Assembly (NCBI RefSeq): GCF_006345805.1
Contig: NC_043019.1
Span: 12,895,360-12,959,359 of the forward strand
Reading direction: 5' to 3'
DNA: 64,000 nucleotides
Origin: Octopus sinensis
Lineage: Eukaryota
Both the position numbers and the translations under genes were made by a program. Position 1 is the stretch's first letter. Each line of letters starts with the position of its first letter. The notes below the pieces were generated by a model. That model saw only the letters and a list, made by a program, of their open reading frames with translations, made no database searches and had not been told where the DNA came from. Of the stretch, positions 12,571 through 24,600 are shown in pieces.

Positions 12571-12869
12571 CTTTGTTCGAAGAATATTATTTAATTTGTG
12601 TAAAAAAAAAATTATGAACATTCTTTCAAAAAAATAATTTATTTACTTAGTTTTTAAAATGATTTACTTTGCGTTTTATTTACTTTGTTTAAAAAATATT
12701 ATTTAATTTTCTTTGATATGTATTCAGCCTTAAAATACAAACATACGTGCAAGTCGTTGTAGGATCGACTACTAATGACTAGCTAACGCGGATGCGCTTG
12801 TGCGCGCACCGAGACCCCTGTTCGGTAGTAGTACCTCCTAGACATATTCCTAAAAAGAGGGGATGGTCA

Positions 12870-13137
12870 CAGCTGGTAGGGCGAAATGCGTAGCCATATT
12901 TCGTCTGCCGTTACGTTCTGACTTCAAATTCCGCCGAGGTCAATTTTGCCTTTTATCCTTTCGGGGTCGATAAATTAAGTACCAGTTACGCACTGGGGTA
13001 GAAATAATCGACTTAATCCGTCTGTCTGTCCTTGTTTGTCTCCTCTGTGTTTAGCCCCTTGTGGGTAGTAAAGAAATAGGTATTTCGTCTGCTGTTACGT
13101 TCTGAGTTCAAATTCCGCCGAGGTCGACTTTGCCTTG
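12870..13137 (+). mobile_element. SINE family B (tandem partial units)
   Basis: atttcgtctgccgttacgttctgagttcaaattccgccgaggtcgac motif, twice. Confidence 0.8.
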
Positions 13138-13200
13138 AAAATAACTTTAAAATTAATGACAATTGTCCTTCAAATATTTTATATTTAAAGAACGACTGCC

Positions 13201-13619
13201 GGATCTTTTCGGTTTGATCGGCAGTTTTTTTTAAATAATTTCCACGTAACTAAACACTTTTAAACTTTGTATACTGGTAGAATGTGTTTATAAAACATCT
13301 TTTTCTCTTGGCTTTATTGAGAAAATTCTATAGTTTGTAAGATATTTGTTGTTGTTTTTCTTCAATTTCTGCAATTTCAACCAATCAATGACGTCCATTG
13401 AGGTAAACAACATTCTGTACCGTATGAATATGTCCCTCGTTTAAGAAACAGATTGGATTTATTTACATTTCTGAAGAAAAAAAGATACCCTTCCCCTCAC
13501 CCCTAACCCTAACGCTAAAACAGATTGAAATGCAATAGATCGATACTAGGGTCATAATTATGGGTGACAATTTCATATGACACTGCTAGAAAAAACTGCT
13601 GTTCAAACCGAAAAGATCC
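13201..13619. mobile_element. GGATC-terminal MITE, 8-bp TSD cgactgcc
   Basis: About 28-bp TIR ggatcttttcggtttgatcggcagtttt; identical flanks at 13193-13200 and 13620-13627. Confidence 0.92.
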
Positions 13620-14579
13620 CGACTGCCTCTATGTTGTTGGTAATTAATTAAAACAATAGATGATGCTTGATAATTGATTTATACTGATCCACCATTATAG
13701 CAACACATAAATTATTAGCTTCTGTTTAATTCATACGGCATTATTCTCTAAAATTGCAACTATTTCATATGTTTGTTTAAGACACTTGCAAAGCCAATTT
13801 ATTTTACAATAATAATAATAATAATAATAACCAAACATGAATTCATTTTGTTTTCAGTCAACCACTTCACAGAAACATTTTCTGATTTTTCGTTTACTTT
13901 CTTATGAATATTTTTTGACATAAACTTTAATTACAGTATACGATATGGACATATACCACAAAGACAATTTAACACGTTCTTTTTTAACTCTTTAGCATTC
14001 AAACTAGCCAAATCTCCGGCCACTGTAAAAAATAGTGATACTTATTTTCAAAACTGGCAAGATCTGGCCTCGTTGACACAATCTTCAATAACAGAATCTC
14101 TGCTTCACCCCCAAAAAAAAAAAAAAAAATTTAATTACTCAGGAATCATATTTTTCCTAAATTTTATCATTTCATCGTTCTTACGTCAACATTAATACGT
14201 TGAATGCTAAAAAATTAAATCAAGATGTTTTATTTTTTTTAAATACCCATTTATTATTTTTTTCTCAAAATGTAATATTTTATACCGTTCATATTGAAAC
14301 AGATGGGACATTTCTAAATTTCTGAGATGAATTATTGCTAAAATAAATTAAAATAAACAATCTTCAAACAATCAACCTCATCTTATGGGATGTTTTTTAT
14401 GTTATGTACATTTCAATTGGCCAATTCTTCTGCCACCATTGAGTCTACCATTCTTAAGGATATCTACATAACTCTTGGGGGGCACAATTTGCACATAGAA
14501 CTTTGTGGCTATGTCACAGAGGTCAAGAATATCGAAAAAATTATGTTATGAATAAAGATTCAATTCATTTTCAGCCTTA

Positions 14580-14626
14580 GTATGTATGAGTATATATGTA
14601 CACACACACACACATATATATATACA

Positions 14627-14678
<52 letters not shown>

Positions 14679-14797
14679 CACAAATATATATACATATATA
14701 TATTTATACATATATATACATATATATATATACATACACACACACACATATATATATATATAGATACATATATATCATATCATCATCATCGTTTAAC

Positions 14798-14838
<41 letters not shown>

Positions 14839-15108
14839 TATATATACACACACACATATATATATATACATACATATATATATACACACACACATATATA
14901 TATATACATATATATATACACACATATATATATATACATATATATACACACATATATATATATATACATATATATATACACACACACATATATATATACA
15001 CACACACATATATATACAATATATATATACACACACATATATATATACATATATATACACACACACACATATATATACATATGTACACACACACATATAT
15101 ATATACAT

Positions 15109-15142
<34 letters not shown>

Positions 15143-15408
15143 CAATGTTTGTTTTTATGTTCAGTTATAATAAAAACAGTTTTACATTAGCCTGATGGTT
15201 TGTTCTATACCTTTGTAAAGTACAAATTTCTTCTTCTTATACAAGAATTTTGTTGACAGCAACTTCCAAGTTTCGGCCAGCTAAGTCAAACTGTAATCGC
15301 TTCAAAGTCGCTGTCAACAACACAACACACACACACAACACTATATATATATATATATACATACACATACTCTCATATATATATATATGCATATATATAT
15401 ATATATAC

Positions 15409-15448
<40 letters not shown>

Positions 15449-15480
15449 TTACATATATACATATACATGTATATATGTAT

Positions 15481-15514
<34 letters not shown>

Positions 15515-15660
15515 CATATATACATATACATATATACATATACATATATACATATACATATATAATATACAATATATACATATACATATATACATATACA
15601 TATATACATATGCATATACATATACATATATAGATATATATATATACAAATATATATATA
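14580..15660. repeat. Compound (TA)n/(CA)n/(TACATA)n microsatellites
   Basis: Direct inspection; two blocks at 14580-15140 and 15340-15660. Confidence 0.9.
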
Positions 15661-16009
15661 TCGCACTTTCTCTTTTAAAAAGTTGTTCAAAGAATGGCCC
15701 AATCAAAATGCAGTTTTCAGTAGATGAGATGAAGTGAATGTTTAGAAATTTAAAATAACGTTTGGGACATTGTATATATATATATATATTTCTTTTCACC
15801 AAACTGAATTCATTAAGCTGAAATCTTCGTTTCATATGTGTTGCTGATATCAATTAGTATGGGTGTGAATGTCAGCCAGTCTCTTAAGGCCCAGCCAATA
15901 TCCACAAAAGTGGTTGCTTTCATTCTTGCCTTCTGTCTTGCATTTTTTTTCTTGTTTCATTGTTTTTTTTGGGGGTTTTTTTTTTGGTACTTAATTTATG
16001 TTTCTCTCT

Positions 16010-16106
16010 TCATTGTGACCCTTGGTTTGTTATGACATCGTTAGCAAATGCAGGAGTTGAACCTTTGTTATGTTTTGAGTCTTGGCGGAGTAAACATTCG
16101 ACTTGT
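16010..16106 (-). CDS. MTMR9: MTMR9 terminal coding exon ([31 protein letters not shown])
   Basis: Long T tract plus cttccag acceptor. The phase-2 junction gives RRQ, matching the vertebrate LRRQL position. TGA at 16010-16012. Confidence 0.8.
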
Positions 16107-16744
16107 CTGGAAGAAGGAGTAAAAAAAAAAAAAAAAATTAAAGAAATAATTAGCAAAATTAATTAACAACAATGAAGATATATCATATATAAGGGAGTGC
16201 TGCAAAGTTCCGGGCTTTGGTTAAAAGAAAATACATAGGCGTAGAAGTGGCTGTGTGGTAAGTAGCTTACTTACCAACCACATGGTTCCGGGTTCAGTTC
16301 CACTGCGTGGCACCTTGGGCAAGTGTCTTCTACTATAGCCTTGGGCCGACCAAAGCCTTGTGAGTGGATTTGGTAGACGGAAACTGAAAGAAGCCCGTCG
16401 TATATATGCATATATATGTATATATATATATATATATGTGTATATCATCATCATCATCATCATCATTGTTTAGCATCTGCTTTCCATGCTACCATGGGTT
16501 GGACGGTTCAACTGGGGTCTGGGAAGCCAGAAGGCTGCACCAGGCCCAGTCTGATCTGGCAATGTTTCTACGGCTGGATGCCCTTCCTAACGCCAACCAC
16601 TCCGTGAGTGTAGTGGGTGCTTTTTACGTGCCACTGGTACAGGTGCCAGGCGAGGCTAGCAACGGCCACGAACGGATGGTGATCTTTATGTGCCACCGGC
16701 ACGAGGCCAGTCGGGGCGGCGCTGGCAACGGCCACGTTCGGAGA

Positions 16745-16781
<37 letters not shown>

Positions 16782-19700
16782 ATGTTTGTGTGTCTGTGTT
16801 TGTCCCCCCAACATCACTTGACAACCGATGCTGCTGTGTTTATGTCCCCGTAACTTAGCAGTTCGGCAAAAGAGACCGATAGAATAAGTACTAGGCTTAC
16901 AAAGAATAAGTCCTGGGGTCGATTTGCACGACTAAAGCATGGACACAGTCAAATGACTGAAACGAGTAAAAGAGTAAAAGAGGGGATCAGTTAATGATTT
17001 TATTCAACACGTTCATCTCCAAGACTCACACACTTATTGAAGTGGTTCTTCAGACTTTCTAAGCCTTATAAAAGAATTTAGAAGATTTGGGCTCTAATCG
17101 GGCTTTTCATGATACCCTGAAAACCAGGAACTTCTCAGCATCTCTTTGAATCAGTCATTATTAAAACCAATTACATCGCAAAAAAAAAAATGAGAAAAAG
17201 CAAAATTAATGAATAGCAATTTCACAGTTGGGTCTTTGACCACATATCTCTCATTAGCCGGGTGATTGTCATCATCATCATCATCATCGTTTAACGTCCG
17301 TTCTCCATGCTAGCATGGGTTGGACAGTTTGACCGGGGATCTGGGAAGCCAGGAGGCTGCACCAGGCTCCGGTCTTATCTGGCAATGTTTCTACAGCTTG
17401 ATGCCCTTCCTAACGCCAACCACTCCGTGAGTGTAGTGGGTGCTTTTTACGTGCCACCTGCACTGGAGCCAGGCGAGGCTGGCATCGGCCACGGTCGGAT
17501 TGGTGCATTTTACGTTCCACCTGCATGAAAGCCAGTCGAGGCGGCATTGGCTTCGGCCACAATTCGGATGGTGCTTTTTACGTTCCACCTGCACGGAAGC
17601 CAGTCGAGGCAGCACTGGCTTCGGCCACGATTCGGATGGTGCTTTTTACGTGCCACTGACACGGAAGCCAGTCGAGGTGGCACTGGCATCGGCCACGATT
17701 CGGATAGTGCTTTTTACGTATCTCCAGTCCAGGGGTCCTGGCATCTGCCGGGTGCCAGTCATAGGATTGGTTCAATTTCGATTCCGATTTCGATGTGGCC
17801 AATTATAATATAAAGTATAGGCATGATTATGTGGATTTAGATTTCACTTCATAACCATGCGGCTTTGGGTTCTGCCTCACTACATGACACCCTGAGTAAG
17901 TGTCTGTTGCTACAGCTTCAGAGTAACTGATGACTAGTGAGCAGAATTGGTAGAAAGAAACAGTATGGAAGCCCATCATGTACACACACATACACGTATG
18001 TGTGTGTGTGTGTGTGTGTGTGTATACAAGGGTGTGCTGAAAAGATCTTGGCTTTGGGAAAAAGAAAATACAGGAGGATCAGTTAATTATGATTTCATTT
18101 AATGTATTCCCTCCTCTCTCTCTCCATATATATATCATCATCATCACCATCATTTAACGTCCGCTTTCCATGCTAGCATGGGTTGGACGATTTGACTGAG
18201 GTCTGGCGAGCCAGACTCCAATCTGATCTGCCTGAGTTTCTACAGCTGGATGCCCTTCCTAATGCCAACCACTCCGAGAGTGTAGTGGGTGCATTTACGT
18301 GCCACCGGCACGAGGGCCAGTCAGGCGGTACTGGCAACGGCCATGCTCAAGTGGTGTTTTTTACTTGCCACCCGTACCTGTGACGTCGCAACTCATTTCT
18401 ACAGCTGAGCGAACTGGAGCAACGTGAAATAAAGTGTTTTGCTCAAGAACACAACACGCAGCCCGGGATTCGAGCTCACAACCTCACGATCGTAAGCTCG
18501 ACGCTCTAACCACTGAGCCACGCGCTATACATACATATATATATATCATCATCGTCATCATCATTATTGAACATCCGCCTCCCATGCTGGCATGGGTTGA
18601 ATGGTTTGACAGAAGGCTGCAACAGACTTTTGTGTCTGTTTTGGCATGCTTTTTATGGCTAGATGCCCTTCCTAACACCAACCACTCCACAAAGTGGACT
18701 GAGTACTTTTTACATGGCACTAGCACAGGTGAGGTCAGTTTTGGCAAGGATTTTGCAGTTGGATGCCCTTCCAAATGCCAACCACTTTACAGTGTGGACT
18801 GGATGCTTTTTATGTGGCACCAACACTGGCAGAGTCACTGAGTAACTTAGTAAGACAAGGAAGTTTTGAGAAGGGAGGGAGCATTGGAGGAGGTGATCTT
18901 GTGTCAGATGATGAACTGTTAGAGTAAGACAGAAAGTGTGTAGTGGATCTTGCAAGCATGAAGTGGATTCGATCCACCAAAGCCAAATTTAAATTAACAC
19001 TGCAACAGAACTTTTCCCACAGTGGAACAATGGTTTTTCTCTGACAGCAGATTTACATTTGCCAGATTGCCTTTAGCTAGGCTGAAATAATGTCTTCATC
19101 ACTTGACCCTTTCTAACCTCTTCTACTTCACCAAAAGCTAGAATAGAGATAACAAGACCACCAACTAAATCTATTGTTCTCAATAATACATCTATCCTTC
19201 TGTATAGTTATAAAAGCAAGAACACCCCAAGCAAAAGTCAGTCGGTGACGGCTCAACCAGTTAGTCACTTGGGTGACAATGAAGTCTGGTTGACCGGCTA
19301 GAACCTTGGTCAGAGGGAGAAATGAAGTTTACTGTCAGCAACTATAAGACAACACCCTACAACTCTTACTAACTCTAATTCTGTTTTCCTGCAACATCAT
19401 TCTATCTCTCTCTGTATTTACTACTAAACAAGGAAGACGACACAAACACAAACTTTACTTCGCAAGCTTTTGGATTTATCAAAACCTGCTCGTCGAGGCA
19501 AGGTATCTGTAACGTAAAGGTAAATAAATACTTTCTTAAAACTTCATGCATTGTTCATCTTTCACATTCTACAACATGCCATTATAATAACAAATTTTTA
19601 TTGTTACAGCCGCTGACTCCGACATTTCATAATGTTGTGTACCTAATCATATTTATCATTACAAGTGTCTTGCTGTAGAGGAGGTACATGGTTACACAGC

Positions 19701-20830
19701 CAGGGAGAAAGAGGAAAAAGAGGGAGAGAGAGAGAGAGAAAGTGGAAAAGAGAGGGAGAAAGAGTTAACAACAAAGAAGACAGAAACAGTAAAAGGTAAA
19801 TACCTTCGCAGTCGGTTGACTCTGGAGCGTAGTTCTTTGTCAGATTCTTGAATATGAGCCATTTCATCCCATCCTTCGATTCTTGGTCCATTGTCAATGA
19901 TGGAACTACAGTACAGAGCAGTCCATAGTTGCTAGATAGATAGATAGAGAGAGAGAGAGAAAGAAAGGTATTGATAAGCAGGTTTAGTTTCCAAAAAATT
20001 GTGATTTCCACGGACTAGGAAATGACAACTAGGAAACGTAATTTGAATTGATAATGGTGTTACTTACCAAACTTTGTGGAGCAACAGATGGCCAAAGTGC
20101 ACCTTGGTTTGGTTCGTACATAGGATTCATGTATGTCTGGATAACTTCAGGTCGGTTGACATAGGACCTAGAAGGAAAAAAAAACAAAGCAAGGTATACC
20201 AATATCTCTCTCTATATAAACGGCAGTTTGTCTGTGTGTGTTTCTGTTTGTCTGTTAGGTTGTACCCTCACCCTGACCACGGCTTTCAACCGATTCTGAT
20301 GAAACTTAACACACACATAGCCCAATGTCATAATTCAAAACTAACGCAGAGAAAATTTTGAAAAGTTCCCCCAGTTCTGAAAAAAATCCATAAATTCGAC
20401 ATGGGGTCGAGAATCAGAAACACAAACCACAGACTGTCTAGGGGACGCAACTCGACCATTTTAACTCTCAAAAAAAAATTTACCATAATTTTTTTTCCAT
20501 TTTTTTGCTATTTTTTGGCTATAACTCTCTAAAAATGCTTTATAGTTATTTCCCTTACAAACCCGAGCAACGCCGGGCGATACTGCTAGTTGGTCAATAC
20601 AAGATGCAGATGTGGTTGTGTGGTTAAGAATTCTGCTTCCCAACCATGCGGTCTTGAGTTCAGTCCCACTGCGCAACACACTGGGCCAGATTGCGCAACA
20701 CATTTGCCAGATTGCCTTTAGCTAGGCTGAAATAATGTCTTCTACTTTACCCCAGATTGACCAAAATCTTATGAGTGGACTTAGTTGATGGAAACTGAAA
20801 GAAGCCCATTGTTGCACGTGTATGTGTATA

Positions 20831-20865
<35 letters not shown>

Positions 20866-21023
20866 CGCGAGAAAAGCAACAAGAATGGATTGTTGCTTCT
20901 TTCTCGCTTATAATCACCCCGCATTACTGTATTGTTAAATCAGTATAGTTTTTTTGGTGCATCTAAGTTAGGTACCATATTCAAGTAAATTCATTTAAAT
21001 TAACTTGAATCTTTATTGCTCTT

Positions 21024-21069
<46 letters not shown>

Positions 21070-21141
21070 GATAATAACATTAGGGAGTATAACTTCAACT
21101 TACAGGGAAAAATTCAATTTAGTATTAAATCAAATTTCACA

Positions 21142-21196
<55 letters not shown>

Positions 21197-21656
21197 ATAT
21201 CATCATCGTCATCATCATCATCGTTTAACGTCCGTTTTCCATGCTAGCATGGGTTGGACGGTTCGACCGGGGATCTGGGAAGCCAGAAGGCTGCACCAGG
21301 CTCCGGTCTTATCTGGCAAAGTTTCTACAGCTGGATGCCCTTCCTAACGCCAACCACTCCGTGAGTGTAGTGGGTGCTTTTTACGTGCCACCTGCACTGG
21401 CGCCAGGTGAGGCTGGCATCAGGCACGGTCGGATTGGTGCATTTTATGGAAGCCAGTCAAGGCGGCACTGGCTTCGGCTACGATTCGGATGGTGCTTTTT
21501 ACGTGCCACCGACACGGAAGCCAGTCGAAGCGGCGCTGGCATCGGCCAGCGATGATGATAAGATGAAGAGATTCCCCTCTTGTCACCAGAATGAAAGTAC
21601 AAAAGTGAGGAATTCAGTGTAGTGACAAAGTGATAGAGTGGGTTAACAGGTTTGAA

Positions 21657-21695
<39 letters not shown>

Positions 21696-24600
21696 AAACA
21701 GAGTGAGAAAGAGAGAACAGGAGGGAGAGAGAGAGTGTGTGTGTGCATGTGTGTTGTGTTCCATTGCATTGTGAAGACACCTCTTGACTTACCATAATGA
21801 TACAGTTTTTGTTACAAGTTCATGGTTCTTCCTTTCAAACTCATTATTGCACAAGAATGTCCCTGGAGGGGAGAGAAACAAGAGAAAATGGAATGCATTG
21901 TCAAAAGTTGTCAAAAAGAATTCAAATATGAAAATAAGAATAATTTACCAAGACCGAGCATGATCGTTACCTGCATCACCTTATTAGCACTTGTGCTGGT
22001 GGCACGTGAAAAAACATTCGAATGAGGTCGTTACCAGTGCCGCTGGACTGGCACCTGTGCGGGTGGAACATAAAAAACACCATTTGAGCATGGCCGTTGC
22101 CAGTACCGCCTGACTGGCACTCATGCTGGCTGCAGAGTTTCTACAGCCGGATGGCCTTCCTAACGCCAACCACTCTGAGAGTGTAGTGGGTACTTTTACG
22201 TGCCACCGGCACGGGGGCTAGTCAGGCGGTACTGGCAACGACCTCGCTCGAATCTTTTTACACATGCCACCGGCACAAGTACCAGTAAGGTGACGTTGGT
22301 AATGATCACGCTTGAATGGTGCTCTTTTATGTGCCACCAGCACAGAGCCAGTTGGCTGCTCTGGCAATGATCACGCTCGGATGGTGCTCTTAGCACCCCA
22401 CTAGCACGGGCACAAGTGCCAGTAAGGCGACGCTGGTAATGAACACACTCGAATAGTGCCTTTTATGTGCCACTGGAACGGAAGCCGGTTAGCCGTTCTG
22501 TCAACAATCACACTCGTATGGTGCTCTTTGCACCCCGCTAGCACGGATGCTAGTCGTAAATACAAATTTGTGAATAATAATTTGAGTGAATATAAATTAA
22601 TTGTTTTACTCACCGAACTGTGAAGCATAAGCATGCTGAAATAACAGCAGAAGGAAATCTTCATTGAATTCAAAAGAGCATGGAAATTGCTGCCATATCT
22701 ATAACGTATAAAGAAATTATAATTATTGGCATGGCTGTGTGGTTAGGGAGCTTGCTTCCTAGCTACATGGTTTAGGGTTCAGTCCCACTGCGTGGCACTT
22801 TGGGTAGGTGTCTTCCACTATAGCCCCGAGCCGACCGGAGCTTTGTGATTGAATTCGGTAGGTGGAAGTTACTGCCGTGTGTGTATGTGTGCGTATAGCT
22901 TCTCAGTGCCTCTCCGAAAGAGAGAGAGAGAGAGATAATTATTTAGGGACAGAAGCAGTATAAATATCAAAAGGCAATCTTTATATCCAACTCAAAGTGG
23001 GTATTTTGTTAGAACACCACAAACTGCAGTATTTGCATTGAGAGATCTTCTCATTTGGATGCAAGGTGCACAAAAGCATACAAATGTAGGTTCAGGTGTG
23101 GCTGTGTGGTAAGAAGTTTGTTTCCCAACAACATGGTTCCAGGTTCAGTCCCACTAGCGCTGACCAAAGCCTTGTGAGAGGATTCAGTAGAGAGAAATTG
23201 AAAGAAGCCCATTACATACATATATGTGTGTGTCTGTGTTTGAGTCTGTGTTTGTGCCCCACCACCACTGTTTTAACAAGATAGGGATTCCTGATTGAAG
23301 GAGACACAAACTGTATGTGTGGTCATACCACAGACATAGATAGCCAGTGAGCATCTGACAAAGGTTTTTTCACCAATTTTAGAAATGTAGTTCGTCCAAC
23401 ACAGAACATTGTTGACAATAAACCCTGGGTCACATTTAACAGCAGACTTCTTAAGGTTAGTGTTGTAAAGGAAGTAGGAAAGTTCCAAGAGGTGCACTCG
23501 TCCACAGCCATCTTGAGTTACCTTTCAGCAATCTATTGCTGCAGCATGTCCAGGTCAGATAGCAAAGAAGATCTATAGCAGAGTTTCCCAACATGTTTTA
23601 CTCCAAACCCTGCTATAACTTTCCAGAAAAATGTATGCCCCACCAGTGGGGCATACTTTATTTTGGTATTGCCTATGGCCACTTTAATGTGGCCATCCTC
23701 CAAGAGATGATAATACTGCCATTCAACCCAAGGAAGACATCTGCTTCTGCTGGTCTATTATTCAGTACACCAGTTTGTTTTTAGCACGCCGGGTGAAATG
23801 CTGAGCGGTATTTCGTCTGCCGTTACATTCTGAGTTCAAATTCCGCCAAGGTCGACTTTGCCTTTCATCCTTTTGGGGTCGATAAATTAAGTACCAGTTA
23901 CACACTGGAGTCGATTTAATTGACTGGGACCCCACCACTCACCAAAAATTTCAGGTCTTGTGCCCAGAGTAGAAAAGAATATTTCATAATTATAAACTTT
24001 CCTTTAAAGAATATCCATACTAGGACATTAGAAAAGTGTTATACTGTAGCAAACAGTCTTCACAGAGTATGCAAGGCAGGGTGGATTGGTTTGGCTAGGC
24101 TGAGAATAGGTGTACTATGTTTGCTATGAGAAAGAGATTTTCACAATTCCACATCCCACTGAAAACAAAGAAGATAAAAATTTTGGATCACACACCACAC
24201 CACAATTTTCTGAGGCCCCACTGGTGGGGCATATGCCACACATTGGGGATCACTGACTTATAGTATGTAGAATGCATCCTTTTTATCGCAAGGTACAGTT
24301 TAGATTCTCAACAGGTAGGACCATACTGTAAAACAGAGTAAAAGAAGGATCCCTCAAGGCTTTCTACCTTAACCCTTTCGTTACTGTATTTATTTTGAGA
24401 TGCTCTGTGTTTCTTTCAATTATTTTAAATATAACAAAGAATTTAGTAAAATAACTTAGTTATCATTCAGTTGGTGTTAGGAACATAAATTGTGACTAAG
24501 GTTTGGTGGAAGATTTTAATTCAAAACTTATGTAAACAATACATTTGTACTACAGAGCCAGAGGTAGTTTCTGGCAGGTTGGTATTGAAAGGGTTAAAAA

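Larger units (their letters stand above)
11201..12835. mobile_element. GGTAC-terminal MITE with about 80-bp imperfect TIRs, host of nested insertions
   Basis: ggtactactc...ggtgcgcgcac...gctagctagt...agtagtcgatcctac mirrored at 12755-12835. Flanks tccctgaca/tcctagaca (7/9 match). Confidence 0.75.

Noticed and set aside
14582-15853. YI/HT-repeat ORFs (also at 953-1286, 50022-50627, 60291-60935)
   Set aside because: Microsatellite translations
19455-19500. Hammerhead-like spacing on minus (cgacga-stem-gaag)
   Set aside because: Several core mismatches and no helix III
19310-19720. Alternative acceptors for a terminal exon nearer exon 13 (about 19390 and 19675)
   Set aside because: The resulting peptides do not resemble the MTMR9 C-terminus; 16106 has a much stronger acceptor and an RQ..L match
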